Origin: Acetatifactor sp.
GTDB taxonomy: Bacteria; Bacillota; Clostridia; Lachnospirales; Lachnospiraceae
Direction: 5' to 3'
Assembly: GCA_045541195.1 (NCBI GenBank)
Contig: JAZQIQ010000016.1
Coordinates: 18,264-82,263 of the forward strand
Length of the DNA stretch: 64,000 nt
Positions 1 to 9,932 of the stretch are shown piece by piece. Position numbers and translations under genes: made by a program. Position 1 is the first letter of the stretch; every line of letters starts with the position of its first letter. The notes below the pieces were generated by a model. The model worked only from the letters and a program-made list of their open reading frames with translations. It made no database searches and was not told the DNA's origin.

Positions 1-150
1 TTAGGGGAGAGAAACTGGAAGATGGGTTTAGACCATGATACTGTTTTGACAGATGAACAGTTCACGAATGCCATTCGCAATCTCGCACCGGAGGTGCTTT
101 TCGCTGCTACTGTCCTGACGAGTGAACTGTTGGAATATTTTGTACAGTGA
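1..150 (+). CDS. 3' end of an upstream gene (partial, product unknown)
   Basis: Frame 1 is open from base 1 to TGA at 148-150 (LGERNWKMGLDHDTVL...LLEYFVQ*), directly before the RBS of the next gene; no family recognised. Confidence 0.45.
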   Translation, partial: LGERNWKMGLDHDTVLTDEQFTNAIRNLAPEVLFAATVLTSELLEYFVQ

Positions 151-166
151 ATTATGGAGGAATGTT

Positions 167-778
167 ATGTACAATGTGGTTAAAAGAGGAATAGATTTTC
201 TACTTTCATTACTGGGGATTATCATTTTGGCACCGGTATTTTTGGTGCTCATTATTGCCATCAAGGTGGATTCACCGGGACCGGTGCTGTTTAAGCAAAA
301 GAGAGTGGGAATTCATAAGAGTCATTTTATGATTCTGAAGTTCCGTACCATGCGTATTGATACACCAAAGGATATGCCCACACATCTCCTTCAGAATCCG
401 GAGCAGTATATTACCAAGGTTGGCAGATTCCTTAGAAAGACCAGTCTGGACGAGCTGCCCCAGATTGTAAATATTTTAAAAGGGGACATGGCGGTGGTTG
501 GACCAAGACCTGCGCTGTGGAACCAGTTTGATTTAATCGAAGAGCGTGATAAGTACGGTGCTAATGATATCCGTCCCGGCCTGACCGGATGGGCACAGAT
601 TAATGGACGTGATGAACTGGAGATTCCAGTGAAAGCAGCACTGGACGGAGAATATGTAAAGAAGATGGGACCACTGATGGACCTCAGATGCTTCTTCGGA
701 ACCTTCTTAAGCGTGCTTCGTGCAGAGGGTGTTGTGGAAGGCGGAACCGGAGCCATGAAAAAGGATGAGACAGAATGA
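167..778 (+). CDS. Bacterial sugar transferase (initiating polyprenyl-phosphate phosphoglycosyltransferase, C-terminal domain type)
   Basis: Motifs KRGIDF, DSPGPVLFKQKRVG, KFRTM, RKTSLDELPQ, VGPRP, RPGLTGWAQINGR; start moved to ATG 167 behind GGAGG. Confidence 0.92.
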   Translation: MYNVVKRGIDFLLSLLGIIILAPVFLVLIIAIKVDSPGPVLFKQKRVGIHKSHFMILKFRTMRIDTPKDMPTHLLQNPEQYITKVGRFLRKTSLDELPQIVNILKGDMAVVGPRPALWNQFDLIEERDKYGANDIRPGLTGWAQINGRDELEIPVKAALDGEYVKKMGPLMDLRCFFGTFLSVLRAEGVVEGGTGAMKKDETE

Positions 779-1683
779 AAAGAATCTTGATTACCGGTGC
801 CGGAAGCTATATCGGTACCAATGTGGAGAATTATTTTAATAAATATAATGCAGCACAGGGCAAGGAGCACTATGTGGTGGATACATTGTCTCAGTTGGAG
901 GAGAGTTGGAAGAATGTCAGCTTTGCGCCCTACGATGTAATTTTCCATGTGACGGGAATAGCTCATGCGGATACTTCCAAGGTTTCTGAGGAAACCAAAG
1001 CACTGTACTACCGGGTGAATTGCGACCTGGCGGTAGAAACGGCGAAAAAGGCGGCGTCAGAGGGTGTGAACCAGTTTATTTATATGAGCAGTATCATCGT
1101 ATATGGCGAGAGTGCGCCTGTGGGAAGTACAAGACGTATTACCATGGAGACGCAGCCAAAGCCTGCGAATTTCTACGGAGACAGTAAGTTACAGGCAGAA
1201 GTCGGACTTTCCAAGGTGGAAGGAATCAAAATGGTGATTTTAAGACCGCCTTTTATTTATGGGAAGGGTAGCAAGGGAAATTATCCATTGTTATCAAAGT
1301 TGGCAAGGAAGCTTCCCTTTTTCCCTACCATTCGGAATGAGAGAAGTATGCTTTATGTGGAAAACCTATGTGAATTTGTAAGGCTTATGATAGAGCAGGA
1401 GCGGGAAGGCACATTCTTTCCACAGAACGGGCAATATACATCAACCTCAGATATGGTGATGCAGATTGCGTCTGCTTATGGTAAGAAAATGATTGGCCTG
1501 GGGATACTGAATCCAATAGTAACATTACTTTCCAAGGTACCGGGAAAGGTGGGGCGTATTGTAAATAAAGCCTTTGGCAGTCTCAGTTATGATATGGGTA
1601 TGAGCGATATCGGTACAGATTATCAGATATATTCTCTGGAAGAGAGTATACGAAAAACGGAGGAAACATGCGAGTATCGGTAG
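775..1683 (+). CDS. NAD-dependent epimerase/dehydratase (extended SDR)
   Basis: ILITGAGSYIG, SSIIVYG, YGDSK (YxxxK), LRPPFIYG; ATGA overlap with previous stop. Confidence 0.88.
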   Translation: MKRILITGAGSYIGTNVENYFNKYNAAQGKEHYVVDTLSQLEESWKNVSFAPYDVIFHVTGIAHADTSKVSEETKALYYRVNCDLAVETAKKAASEGVNQFIYMSSIIVYGESAPVGSTRRITMETQPKPANFYGDSKLQAEVGLSKVEGIKMVILRPPFIYGKGSKGNYPLLSKLARKLPFFPTIRNERSMLYVENLCEFVRLMIEQEREGTFFPQNGQYTSTSDMVMQIASAYGKKMIGLGILNPIVTLLSKVPGKVGRIVNKAFGSLSYDMGMSDIGTDYQIYSLEESIRKTEETCEYR

Positions 1684-2405
1684 TAACTATCTGCTACAAC
1701 AGCAGTGAATGTATTGAGAGAACCATAGAGTCTGTACTGAAACAGACAGATAAGAACATAGAGTATCTGATTATTGATGGCGCCAGCAAGGACAATACGG
1801 TGGAGATTGCAGAGAGCTACCGTAGTCGTATGGAGGAGGCCGGTATTGACTATCAGATTTTTTCTGAGCCGGATAAAGGAATTTACGATGCCATGAATAA
1901 GGGGATCCGGAAGGCTACAGGAGATATCATCGGACTTTTAAACAGTGGGGATGTGTATGAGGATATTGCAGTGGAGACTGCTGCAAATACCTTTGCAGAG
2001 ACCGGCTGTGAGCTTATGTTTGCCGACATTAGGATGATAAAGACGGATGGCAGCAACTTTGTGAAGAAGGCAAGGCAGAGAAGCTTCCAGACCTCCAGGG
2101 ACTGGAATCACCCAACTACTTTTGTGAAAGCACAGGTATATAAGGAGAATCCCTTCCGCATGCTGGGAATCCATGATGACTATGGGTTTTATCTGCAGAT
2201 GCGACAGCAGGGAAGGAAGATTGTTACAGCAGATAAGGTACTGGCAAGCTTTTATATGGGTGGCGCCAGCAATCAGAAGAGCTTTAAAGCTGCGAAAAAG
2301 AGAATTATGGACCGGTACAAATATTGTTACCGGATTAACGGATATAGCAGGCTGTACATGATCGAATGTGTAGCCATTGAAGCAGCAAAAATGATTTTGG
2401 GATAG
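1668..2405 (+). CDS. GT2 glycosyltransferase (WcaE-like)
   Basis: VSVVTICYN, IIDGASKD, SEPDKGIYDAMNKG, LNSGD. Confidence 0.88.
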   Translation: MRVSVVTICYNSSECIERTIESVLKQTDKNIEYLIIDGASKDNTVEIAESYRSRMEEAGIDYQIFSEPDKGIYDAMNKGIRKATGDIIGLLNSGDVYEDIAVETAANTFAETGCELMFADIRMIKTDGSNFVKKARQRSFQTSRDWNHPTTFVKAQVYKENPFRMLGIHDDYGFYLQMRQQGRKIVTADKVLASFYMGGASNQKSFKAAKKRIMDRYKYCYRINGYSRLYMIECVAIEAAKMILG

Positions 2406-2416
2406 AGAGGATATAT

Positions 2417-4600
2417 ATGAAGAAAATTGCACTATTGCTGGCTGGCGTGCTTCTGATGGGAAGTATTGCAGCGGCGTCAAATAATTCCATAGTGACACAG
2501 GCACAGACTACAACTCGGGGAGAGGAATCGGGGGTGCTTCAAGAAGAGAATCTTTACAAGGAAGCCATGGATGCACTGGAAGAAGAACTTCAGAAAGAAT
2601 CTGTGATGGCGGTGGTGTATATGGCTGAAGAGTATCCCCTCTACAGTTTGCCGGGACAGACAGGCTGCAAGCTTGCAGATATTCCCAGCGGAACTACGGT
2701 ATATATTGAAGATGTAGCATTCGAGGATTCTAAAGAGTATTCTGCCGGATTTGAAGCATGGTATCAGGTAAGGGTGCCATTAACGGAAGGGGTGTTTGTG
2801 GGCTATGTTGACCGCTCACATCTGGCAATTTCTGACGAGGACTTTTTGCAGTGGGAAGAAAGCTACGGTACTGACCCTGCAATCTATGAAATGGATCGTT
2901 ATACGGACGGTGCAGTGACATATACAGATGTACAGCAATTTCCTGCAAGCTATCAATCTGCGTTAATGGCTTTGAAGAGTACTTATCCGAAGTGGATTTT
3001 TGTGCCGCAGAACCTTAATCTGGACTGGAATTATGTGGTTCAGGAGGAGATGAAAGGTGGTCGGAGCTTAATCAGCACCTCTAAGGGTGATTATATGTAT
3101 ACAACTGTTCACAGTCCGGGGTGGGGCTATGCTACAGAGGGGGCATTGAAATATTATATGGATCCCAGAAACGGTCTTACCCAGGACAGAGTTTTTCAGT
3201 TTGAGCAGCTTACCTATAACGGAACCTATCACACAGAGAATGCATTGAAGATTTTCCTAAATAACACATTTATGGGAAACGGAGCTTTGATGCCACAGAC
3301 TGCGTTAACTTATTCTTACGGAATCTGGGCAATCGGAGCCAATGCAGTAAATACCAGCCCGTTTCATCTGGCTTCCCGTATCTATCAGGAGCAGGGACGT
3401 GGCACCTCACCGCTTATTTCCGGTACGTATCCGGGGTATGAAGGATACTATAATTTCTTTAATGTGAAGGCTTCAGGATCTACCAACGAAGAAATTTATG
3501 TAAATGGACTTACCTATGCAAAAAATGCAGGCTGGACGGATGGGTACAAATCTATTTTGGGAGGTGCAGAGCTTCTTGCGAAAAGTTATATTGGAGTAGG
3601 TCAGGATACCTTATATCTGCAGAAATATGATATGGTGGGGACTTTGTTCACTCACCAGTACATGCAGAATATTATGGCTCCAACCAGTGAAGGTATCAGC
3701 ACATACAAAATGTATCGGGATTCTAATGCTTTGGACAATACCTTTGTATTTAAAATCCCCGTATATAACAATATGCCGGAGTCTGCTTGTCCGGAACCGA
3801 CAGCAACTCCTACGCCAACACCAACACCTATCGTAACTCCGGCACCGAGACCAACACCGGATGCAGAGACGGTGGCAAAGGTAGAAGCCTTCGTGGAGCG
3901 TATGTACACCGTGGCCTTAGGACGTGAGGCAGATGCTTCCGGAGTAGATTACTGGACGGATTTACTGGTGTCATATGTGGCAGATGGTGCCGGGATAGCA
4001 AGAGGATTCCTTTTGGGTAGTGAGTTGGTAAGTAAGAATTACAGCAATGCGGAGTATGTGGAAGTATTATATAAGACGATTATGAGCAGGGATGCTGACG
4101 ACGCAGGATTGTCATACTGGAAAGGGATTCTGGATGCCGGAACAACCAGAGAGGCTGTGCTTGCAGGTTTTGTAAATTCTAATGAGTTTGATACGTTATG
4201 TATGAATTATTCCATTTCCAGGGGCTACATGAGAGAAGATGGAAGTATATTGAATCCCGGAATCTATATGTTTGCAAGTCGTCTGTACAGCAAGATTTTA
4301 GGAAGAGTCGGCGACAAGGACGGAAAGGAATATTGGGCACTGCAAATTGTCAACAAAGAATGCCTGCCCGAGGAAGCGGCACAAAGCTTTTTTTGGTCGG
4401 CGGAATATGTAAACAAGCAAACAAGTAATGAGGAATATATCCGTGCTCTGTATGCGACCTTTATGGATAGAGATGCCGATAGTGAGGGCATAGCGTACTG
4501 GCAGCAGGTTTTAGCCGGTGGTGTGAGCCGTGATGATGTGCTGAAAAGCTTTGCCCAGTCCACAGAGTTTAGGGGAATTATGGCATCCTACGGGTTATAG
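2417..4600 (+). CDS. Secreted SH3-like + endo-beta-N-acetylglucosaminidase-like protein with PT linker and C-terminal four-repeat DUF4214-type module
   Basis: Signal peptide MKKIALLLAGVLL; SPFHLASRIYQEQG, YYNFFNVKA, GQDTLYLQK resemble LytD/Acd-type glucosaminidases; PTATPTPTPTP linker; four repeats of F/YxxxLYxxxLxRxxDxxGxxYW ending ...ASYGL. Confidence 0.75.
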   Translation: MKKIALLLAGVLLMGSIAAASNNSIVTQAQTTTRGEESGVLQEENLYKEAMDALEEELQKESVMAVVYMAEEYPLYSLPGQTGCKLADIPSGTTVYIEDVAFEDSKEYSAGFEAWYQVRVPLTEGVFVGYVDRSHLAISDEDFLQWEESYGTDPAIYEMDRYTDGAVTYTDVQQFPASYQSALMALKSTYPKWIFVPQNLNLDWNYVVQEEMKGGRSLISTSKGDYMYTTVHSPGWGYATEGALKYYMDPRNGLTQDRVFQFEQLTYNGTYHTENALKIFLNNTFMGNGALMPQTALTYSYGIWAIGANAVNTSPFHLASRIYQEQGRGTSPLISGTYPGYEGYYNFFNVKASGSTNEEIYVNGLTYAKNAGWTDGYKSILGGAELLAKSYIGVGQDTLYLQKYDMVGTLFTHQYMQNIMAPTSEGISTYKMYRDSNALDNTFVFKIPVYNNMPESACPEPTATPTPTPTPIVTPAPRPTPDAETVAKVEAFVERMYTVALGREADASGVDYWTDLLVSYVADGAGIARGFLLGSELVSKNYSNAEYVEVLYKTIMSRDADDAGLSYWKGILDAGTTREAVLAGFVNSNEFDTLCMNYSISRGYMREDGSILNPGIYMFASRLYSKILGRVGDKDGKEYWALQIVNKECLPEEAAQSFFWSAEYVNKQTSNEEYIRALYATFMDRDADSEGIAYWQQVLAGGVSRDDVLKSFAQSTEFRGIMASYGL

Positions 4601-4621
4601 GGCGCGGGGCGAGGTGAATAG

Positions 4622-5740
4622 ATGCGTATTGGAATTGATTTGTTGTGGGTACGTCCCGGGATTGTGGGAGGTACAGAATCCTTTGTCCGTAACCTGTTGG
4701 ATGGATTCGGACAATATGATAGGGAAAATGAATATGTACTTTTTACAGCAAAGGATAATGCACATACCTTCCGAAAATACGAAACGTATCCTGCCATGAA
4801 GATGCATATGTGTCCGGTGGAATGTGCCAATCAGGGTAAGCGGATTCTGTGGGAAAACCTGTACTTAGACCGCACTGCAAAAAAGGCTCACGTGGATTTG
4901 ATGTTTATACCGGTATACAGTAAGCCTTTTACTTATGGCAGCAGAATTCCATATGTCTGTGTGATTCATGATGTACAGGCACTTCATTATCCGCAGTATT
5001 TTTCCAAAGGGAAGAGATTATTTTTGCGGTATATGTGGTGGTTTGCATGTAAGAGTTCCCAGCGGATTTTGACAGATTCTAAGTTCTGTGAGCAGGATTT
5101 GAAGAAAAGATATCCTTTTGCCGCGGAAAGAATTAAAACCATGTATGTCCCTATAATCAGTCAGGAAACGACATGTGAATTTGATATAATCGGGAAGAAA
5201 TATGGTATTTGTGAAGGGGAGTATTATTATTGCGTAAGCTCCCTGCTTCCCCATAAAAATCTTGATACGTTGCTCAGAGTGATAGCGCAGCAAAAAGAAA
5301 AAGGTATTCCTATGCCGCTGGTTATCAGCGGCGTAGGTGGTGACAAGGAGAAATTTATTGCCCGGGTGAAAGCGCTCGGAATTGAAGAATATGTAATTGA
5401 TACAGGCTTTGTATCCAATGAAGAACGTGACTGTTTATACGAACATTGTGGGCTGTTCTTATTTCCCAGTGTTTTTGAGGGATTTGGAATGCCGCCGGTG
5501 GAGGCTATGCGGAAGGGAAAAATAGTAGTAACTACCCGCTTGTCCTGTTTGGAGGAAGTGACAGAGAGTAAGGCTATATACGTGGACGATGCTTATGATG
5601 TGAAGGAATGGTTGGAAAAGATAGAACTTGCGAAGCAGAAAGAGGGCAAGAAGGAAGCCTTTGAAAAATATGAGTTGGAAAACATCATCAGGCAGTATAT
5701 GGTGTGCTGGAAGGAAATGATTAAGGGAAAACAGCACTGA
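4622..5740 (+). CDS. GT4 glycosyltransferase (WbaZ/mannosyltransferase-like)
   Basis: MRIGIDL, GGTESF, IHDVQ, PHKNL, FPSVFEGFGMPPVEAM (EX7E). Confidence 0.9.
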   Translation: MRIGIDLLWVRPGIVGGTESFVRNLLDGFGQYDRENEYVLFTAKDNAHTFRKYETYPAMKMHMCPVECANQGKRILWENLYLDRTAKKAHVDLMFIPVYSKPFTYGSRIPYVCVIHDVQALHYPQYFSKGKRLFLRYMWWFACKSSQRILTDSKFCEQDLKKRYPFAAERIKTMYVPIISQETTCEFDIIGKKYGICEGEYYYCVSSLLPHKNLDTLLRVIAQQKEKGIPMPLVISGVGGDKEKFIARVKALGIEEYVIDTGFVSNEERDCLYEHCGLFLFPSVFEGFGMPPVEAMRKGKIVVTTRLSCLEEVTESKAIYVDDAYDVKEWLEKIELAKQKEGKKEAFEKYELENIIRQYMVCWKEMIKGKQH

Positions 5741-5750
5741 TTAGTGATGC

Positions 5751-5779
5751 TTGCTATCTTTTGGGTAAGCGAGTATAAT
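5751..5779 (+). promoter_or_regulatory. Internal sigma-A promoter
   Basis: TTGCTA-N17-TATAAT upstream of the 5819 gene. Confidence 0.62.
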
Positions 5780-5818
5780 ACCTTAGAGGGTTAATGATGT
5801 GAAGTAAAGGAAAAGCAT

Positions 5819-6295
5819 ATGCAAGAACCGAACATCTACGCCAGATTATATGATGTGGTGGCAGAGAATTTAGAACATGCTGGTAAGACATTCGGATATG
5901 AGAAAGACACATTCCTGTGTGATGTAGAAGGACATCCACGGGCTCTTGTTGTGTCTAAATATACGCATTTATGCAATGAGGAATTCTTTCAGGCAGTATT
6001 TGTGGGTGCATTTAAGAGGCTTCCGGAAGAAAAGGAGCTTTCTCCGTGGCTGGATAAGATGAATCTTCCTGAGAAATGTTTTCAGGAGCAGGTACTTCGG
6101 ATGATAGAAGGATCCAGTGTGACGGCCATCAATCAGATGGAGATTGTAGACAACCCTTACTTTGAACAGAAGAAAGATTTAAAGTATCACTTGTTGGGTA
6201 AATTATACGGTTTGACGGATAAGTCTTCGCTCAGAGAGTTTGGAAAACGATTACCGGAACCGATTCAGAAGATTATCAGGAAGGTATTTCTATGA
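5819..6295 (+). CDS. Small hypothetical protein with one degenerate DUF4214-like repeat; overlaps the downstream GT4 start
   Basis: EEFFQAVFVGAFKRLPEE resembles the FVxxxYxxxLxRxxD motif; basic amphipathic C-terminus REFGKRLPEPIQKIIRKVFL; ATGA overlap with 6292 gene. Confidence 0.65.
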   Translation: MQEPNIYARLYDVVAENLEHAGKTFGYEKDTFLCDVEGHPRALVVSKYTHLCNEEFFQAVFVGAFKRLPEEKELSPWLDKMNLPEKCFQEQVLRMIEGSSVTAINQMEIVDNPYFEQKKDLKYHLLGKLYGLTDKSSLREFGKRLPEPIQKIIRKVFL

Positions 6296-7422
6296 CAATT
6301 TATATTGATGTCAGTGTGTTGACTTTAGCAACATTTGTAACAGGAATACAACGCGTGACCAGAGAGATATCCTTGCGTCTTTTGGAGTCGGAAAACTTTG
6401 ATACTGTTCTGATTCATTATAATGCTGCAGAGGATACTTATTATCGGATTGATAATTCGGCATATACAGCATATTATCGGGACGGAAAAGGTATAAAAGA
6501 GCGGATGATTACAAAGAAGAAGGTTCCTTTGAGTGAAATCGGCAGGGACTGTGTTTTCTTTGATTTGGACGCGGCATGGATGTGTCGCATGAAGCGAAGC
6601 TATTTATTGCCGATTCTTAAAAAACAGGGGGCGCGTATTGTAGCTCATATTTATGATATTATTTCCATAACCCATCCCCAGTATTGTCTGGAGAGAGGCG
6701 TTTATAATTTTATGGATTTTATTGCAGCACATTTGCAGTATGCGGATCATTTTATTGTGAATGCCCATGCTACGGTGGATGAGCTTATTAGGCTGGCACA
6801 GTCTGTTGGCGCTGATTTGCCGGAGTGCAGCGTGGTTCCGCTTGGCGCCGACTTTAAGAGCAATGAAATGGTGGAGGATAATGCTGTTCGAAATGAGGTG
6901 CTGACTGCAGCAAAGGAAAAGCCCTTTGTACTTATGGTGGGAACTATTGAACCAAGAAAGAATCACAAGCTGCTTTTGGAGGCTTATGAAAAGGGGTTGA
7001 AAGAGGCAGGATATCAGATTATTATGGCCGGATACATGGGATGGAATATGGAAGAATTTCAGTCCCGGCTTCAGACACATCCGGATTATGGACAGGGCAT
7101 ATATCATTTTGAAGGCTTAAATGATAAAGAGATTGATTATCTTTACCAACATGCAAGATGCCTTGCTTTTTTGAGTTATACGGAAGGATTTGGGCTGCCG
7201 ATTATTGAAGCACTGAATCGTGGGACACCGGTAGTTGCGGCGGATATTCCGGTATCTAAAGAAGTGGGTGGCGATGCTTGTGTATGGTTTGAGCAAGGAA
7301 ATGCAGAGGCATTATGTAAGAGCGTAATGCAGGTGAAAGCAGACGGAAGTGCCATAGATAAAAAATATCAAGTGGTAACTTGGCAGGAATCTACGGAAAT
7401 GATAATAAAAGTGTTATTATAG
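6292..7422 (+). CDS. GT4 glycosyltransferase (WbdA/WbkA-like), paralog of 7958-9106
   Basis: TGIQRV, IYDIIS, MVGTIEPRKNH, SYTEGFGLPIIEAL. Confidence 0.9.
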   Translation: MTIYIDVSVLTLATFVTGIQRVTREISLRLLESENFDTVLIHYNAAEDTYYRIDNSAYTAYYRDGKGIKERMITKKKVPLSEIGRDCVFFDLDAAWMCRMKRSYLLPILKKQGARIVAHIYDIISITHPQYCLERGVYNFMDFIAAHLQYADHFIVNAHATVDELIRLAQSVGADLPECSVVPLGADFKSNEMVEDNAVRNEVLTAAKEKPFVLMVGTIEPRKNHKLLLEAYEKGLKEAGYQIIMAGYMGWNMEEFQSRLQTHPDYGQGIYHFEGLNDKEIDYLYQHARCLAFLSYTEGFGLPIIEALNRGTPVVAADIPVSKEVGGDACVWFEQGNAEALCKSVMQVKADGSAIDKKYQVVTWQESTEMIIKVLL

Positions 7423-7439
7423 CCGGAAGGTTGGAGTAA

Positions 7440-7955
7440 GTGAATATGAAGCTATATGAGAAAATTTTTGATGTGGCCGATTCCGGAATGAAGAGTGATG
7501 GACAGAAGTTTAGTTTTGGACAGGCTGCATTTTCCAGTATATTATATAAGGACCCTCATGTGATTTCAGTAGATGAATTTGAGGGAATGGAACCGGAGGA
7601 CTTTCTGAATGCAGTATATCTGAGGTGTTTAAACCGTCTTCCGGATACGCTTGCCCGTAGGCAGATTGATAATCTGACAGCAGAGTATGAGAGACTTGTC
7701 AGATACAAAATACTGATGAATGTCAGCCGCTCAGCAGAGTTTCGGTCTTTGGATAAAACGGTAACCGGATTAAAGGAAATGCGCAAAGAACTGTTAACAA
7801 ACGGTTCCTGTAAGTTAAAGATGATTATCAGAGCGGAAGAGTTGAAGTCCGGCGTCCGTTATGTGGTTAAGACCTTCTTTATCTTTCCAATCTGGAAGCG
7901 CCTGCCTATGGATACAAAAGTGAAGATTAAGGCGTTTATCGTAAGGGAGAAGTAA
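7440..7955 (+). CDS. Small hypothetical protein with one DUF4214-like repeat; precedes a GT4
   Basis: EDFLNAVYLRCLNRLPD...ILMNVSRSAEF; basic C-terminus FPIWKRLPMDTKVKIKAFI; start may be ATG 7446. Confidence 0.65.
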   Translation: MNMKLYEKIFDVADSGMKSDGQKFSFGQAAFSSILYKDPHVISVDEFEGMEPEDFLNAVYLRCLNRLPDTLARRQIDNLTAEYERLVRYKILMNVSRSAEFRSLDKTVTGLKEMRKELLTNGSCKLKMIIRAEELKSGVRYVVKTFFIFPIWKRLPMDTKVKIKAFIVREK

Positions 7956-7957
7956 TA

Positions 7958-9106
7958 TTGCGAATTTGTATAGACATTACAGAGATGTATAAAGTGGATT
8001 TTGTATCCGGAATTCAGCGAGTGGTAATTGAAGTGACCACACGTTTTATTCGGGACGGGAAGAATCTGCTGCTGCTTGTATATGATTCAGGAAAAAGTTG
8101 TTTTGTAGAAGTGGATAATAACAAATACTATGATTTCTACACGAAAAAGTCTTCTGATAAGGATTATCTTTTACCCGAGAGATGTATGAGTGTGTCGGAC
8201 TTTGGGGAAAGCGATATCTTTTTTGATATGGACAGTGTGTGGATGAATCCACTGAAGAGAAGCTATCTTTTGCCGGAGCTGAAGAAGACAGGTTGTAAGA
8301 TTGCTGCTCATATTTATGATATTATTCCGGTAACGGATGCTCAGTACTGCCATGAGTTTACTACCTTAAGCTTTTTGGAATATATCGGAGCTCAGTTGGA
8401 AAATGCGGATTTGATTATTTCCAATGCGCAGGCCACGATTGATGCCATAGTAGAACTGATTAAGGATACGGAGATATCCAAAGTAAATGGAGCGGTAGTA
8501 AAGCTGGGAAGTGATATAAAAGGTGGCAGTAAGACCGCAAATGTAAGGGAATCCGTGAAAAAAATCGCCCGGTCGGGCAAGTATGTCCTGATGGTGGGAA
8601 CCATGGAGCCCAGAAAGAATCACAGATATGTTTTAAATGCCTTTGAAAAGGTATTGTTTGATAAAGGAATTAATCTGGTTTTTGCCGGAAGAATCGGCTG
8701 GAATGTGGAGAGTTTGATTAAAGATATAAAGTCTCATGAAAAGCTGGGGACACAGCTATTTTTTGAGAATGGCCTGTCAGATAGTGAGATTACATATTTG
8801 TATGAGAACTGTATGTTGGTAGCATTCCCCAGTTTTAATGAGGGATTTGGTCTGCCGATTATCGAGGCTTTTGCAAAAGGGGCCCCGGTGCTTGCTGCGG
8901 ATATTCCGGTGTTAAGGGAAGTTGGCGGTGAATACTGCAAATATTTCTCTTTGGAGGATGTTAATACTTTTGCGGATTTAGTGAAGAATTATATTGAGAA
9001 TCCTGAGGAATATGCGAAAGATAAAGAAAGAATCAAGTCATATCAAAGATATACTTGGGATGCGTGTGCAGAAAGTATGTTTGAAGCATTAATGACGGTG
9101 AAATAA
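7958..9106 (+). CDS. GT4 glycosyltransferase, paralog of 6292-7422
   Basis: SGIQRV, IYDIIP, MVGTMEPRKNH, FPSFNEGFGLPIIEAF; TTG start behind GGGAG. Confidence 0.9.
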   Translation: MRICIDITEMYKVDFVSGIQRVVIEVTTRFIRDGKNLLLLVYDSGKSCFVEVDNNKYYDFYTKKSSDKDYLLPERCMSVSDFGESDIFFDMDSVWMNPLKRSYLLPELKKTGCKIAAHIYDIIPVTDAQYCHEFTTLSFLEYIGAQLENADLIISNAQATIDAIVELIKDTEISKVNGAVVKLGSDIKGGSKTANVRESVKKIARSGKYVLMVGTMEPRKNHRYVLNAFEKVLFDKGINLVFAGRIGWNVESLIKDIKSHEKLGTQLFFENGLSDSEITYLYENCMLVAFPSFNEGFGLPIIEAFAKGAPVLAADIPVLREVGGEYCKYFSLEDVNTFADLVKNYIENPEEYAKDKERIKSYQRYTWDACAESMFEALMTVK

Positions 9107-9155
9107 CGCGTGAAGGGTAATCGGATTTGCCATAAACGTGTATTAGGGAGAATAT

Positions 9156-9932
9156 ATGAAGTTATTGAAAGAGATTTATGATTATCGTGAAATGATATTT
9201 AGCTTGATAAAGAGGGATTTAAGAGGCAGGTACAAAGGCTCTGTGCTGGGCTTTATGTGGACTTTTCTGAATCCTCTTTTTCAGTTGATTGTGTATACCA
9301 TGGTTTTTTCGGTTATTATGCGCATGGGCTATGAGAAGTATTACCTGTTTTTGTTTGTGGCACTGATACCGTGGATATTTTTTAATGCTTCCGTGGCGGC
9401 TGGAGCAAGCTGCATATGGGCACAGAAGGATATGGTAAATAAAATATATTTCCCTCGAGAAGTATTGCCCATTGCTCATGTAACTTCCCAGCTGATTAAC
9501 ATGATTCTTTCCTTTGTGGTTGTGCTTGCTGTAATTATTGTAACAGGACATGGTGTTAATCCGGTGGCTCTTTTATATTTACCTTTGATTATGCTGGTAG
9601 AGTATTTATTAGCACTGGGAATTACCATGCTGGTATCGGCAGTCACAGTGTTCCTCAGAGATGTGGAATATGTATTGGGAATTATTATGATGGCATGGCA
9701 GTTTCTTAGTCCGGTAATCTATGGTGTTGATATGGTTCCGGAAGAAATTCTGCCTATATTCTCAATCAATCCCATGACCAGTATATTGATAGCATATAGA
9801 GATATTTTCTACTATAAACAGGTTCCCCAGGTTAGTACATTGTTACAGGCAACTATTTTGGGAATTGTCTTTTTGGTTATTGGTGTGATTGTGTTTGAGA
9901 ATCTGAAGAAACATTTTTCGGAGGAAATGTAA
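9156..9932 (+). CDS. wzm: ABC-2 type polysaccharide export permease
   Basis: RDLRGRYKGSVLGFMWTFLNPL, IYFPREVLP, FLSPVIY, INPMT; six hydrophobic segments. Confidence 0.93.
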   Translation: MKLLKEIYDYREMIFSLIKRDLRGRYKGSVLGFMWTFLNPLFQLIVYTMVFSVIMRMGYEKYYLFLFVALIPWIFFNASVAAGASCIWAQKDMVNKIYFPREVLPIAHVTSQLINMILSFVVVLAVIIVTGHGVNPVALLYLPLIMLVEYLLALGITMLVSAVTVFLRDVEYVLGIIMMAWQFLSPVIYGVDMVPEEILPIFSINPMTSILIAYRDIFYYKQVPQVSTLLQATILGIVFLVIGVIVFENLKKHFSEEM

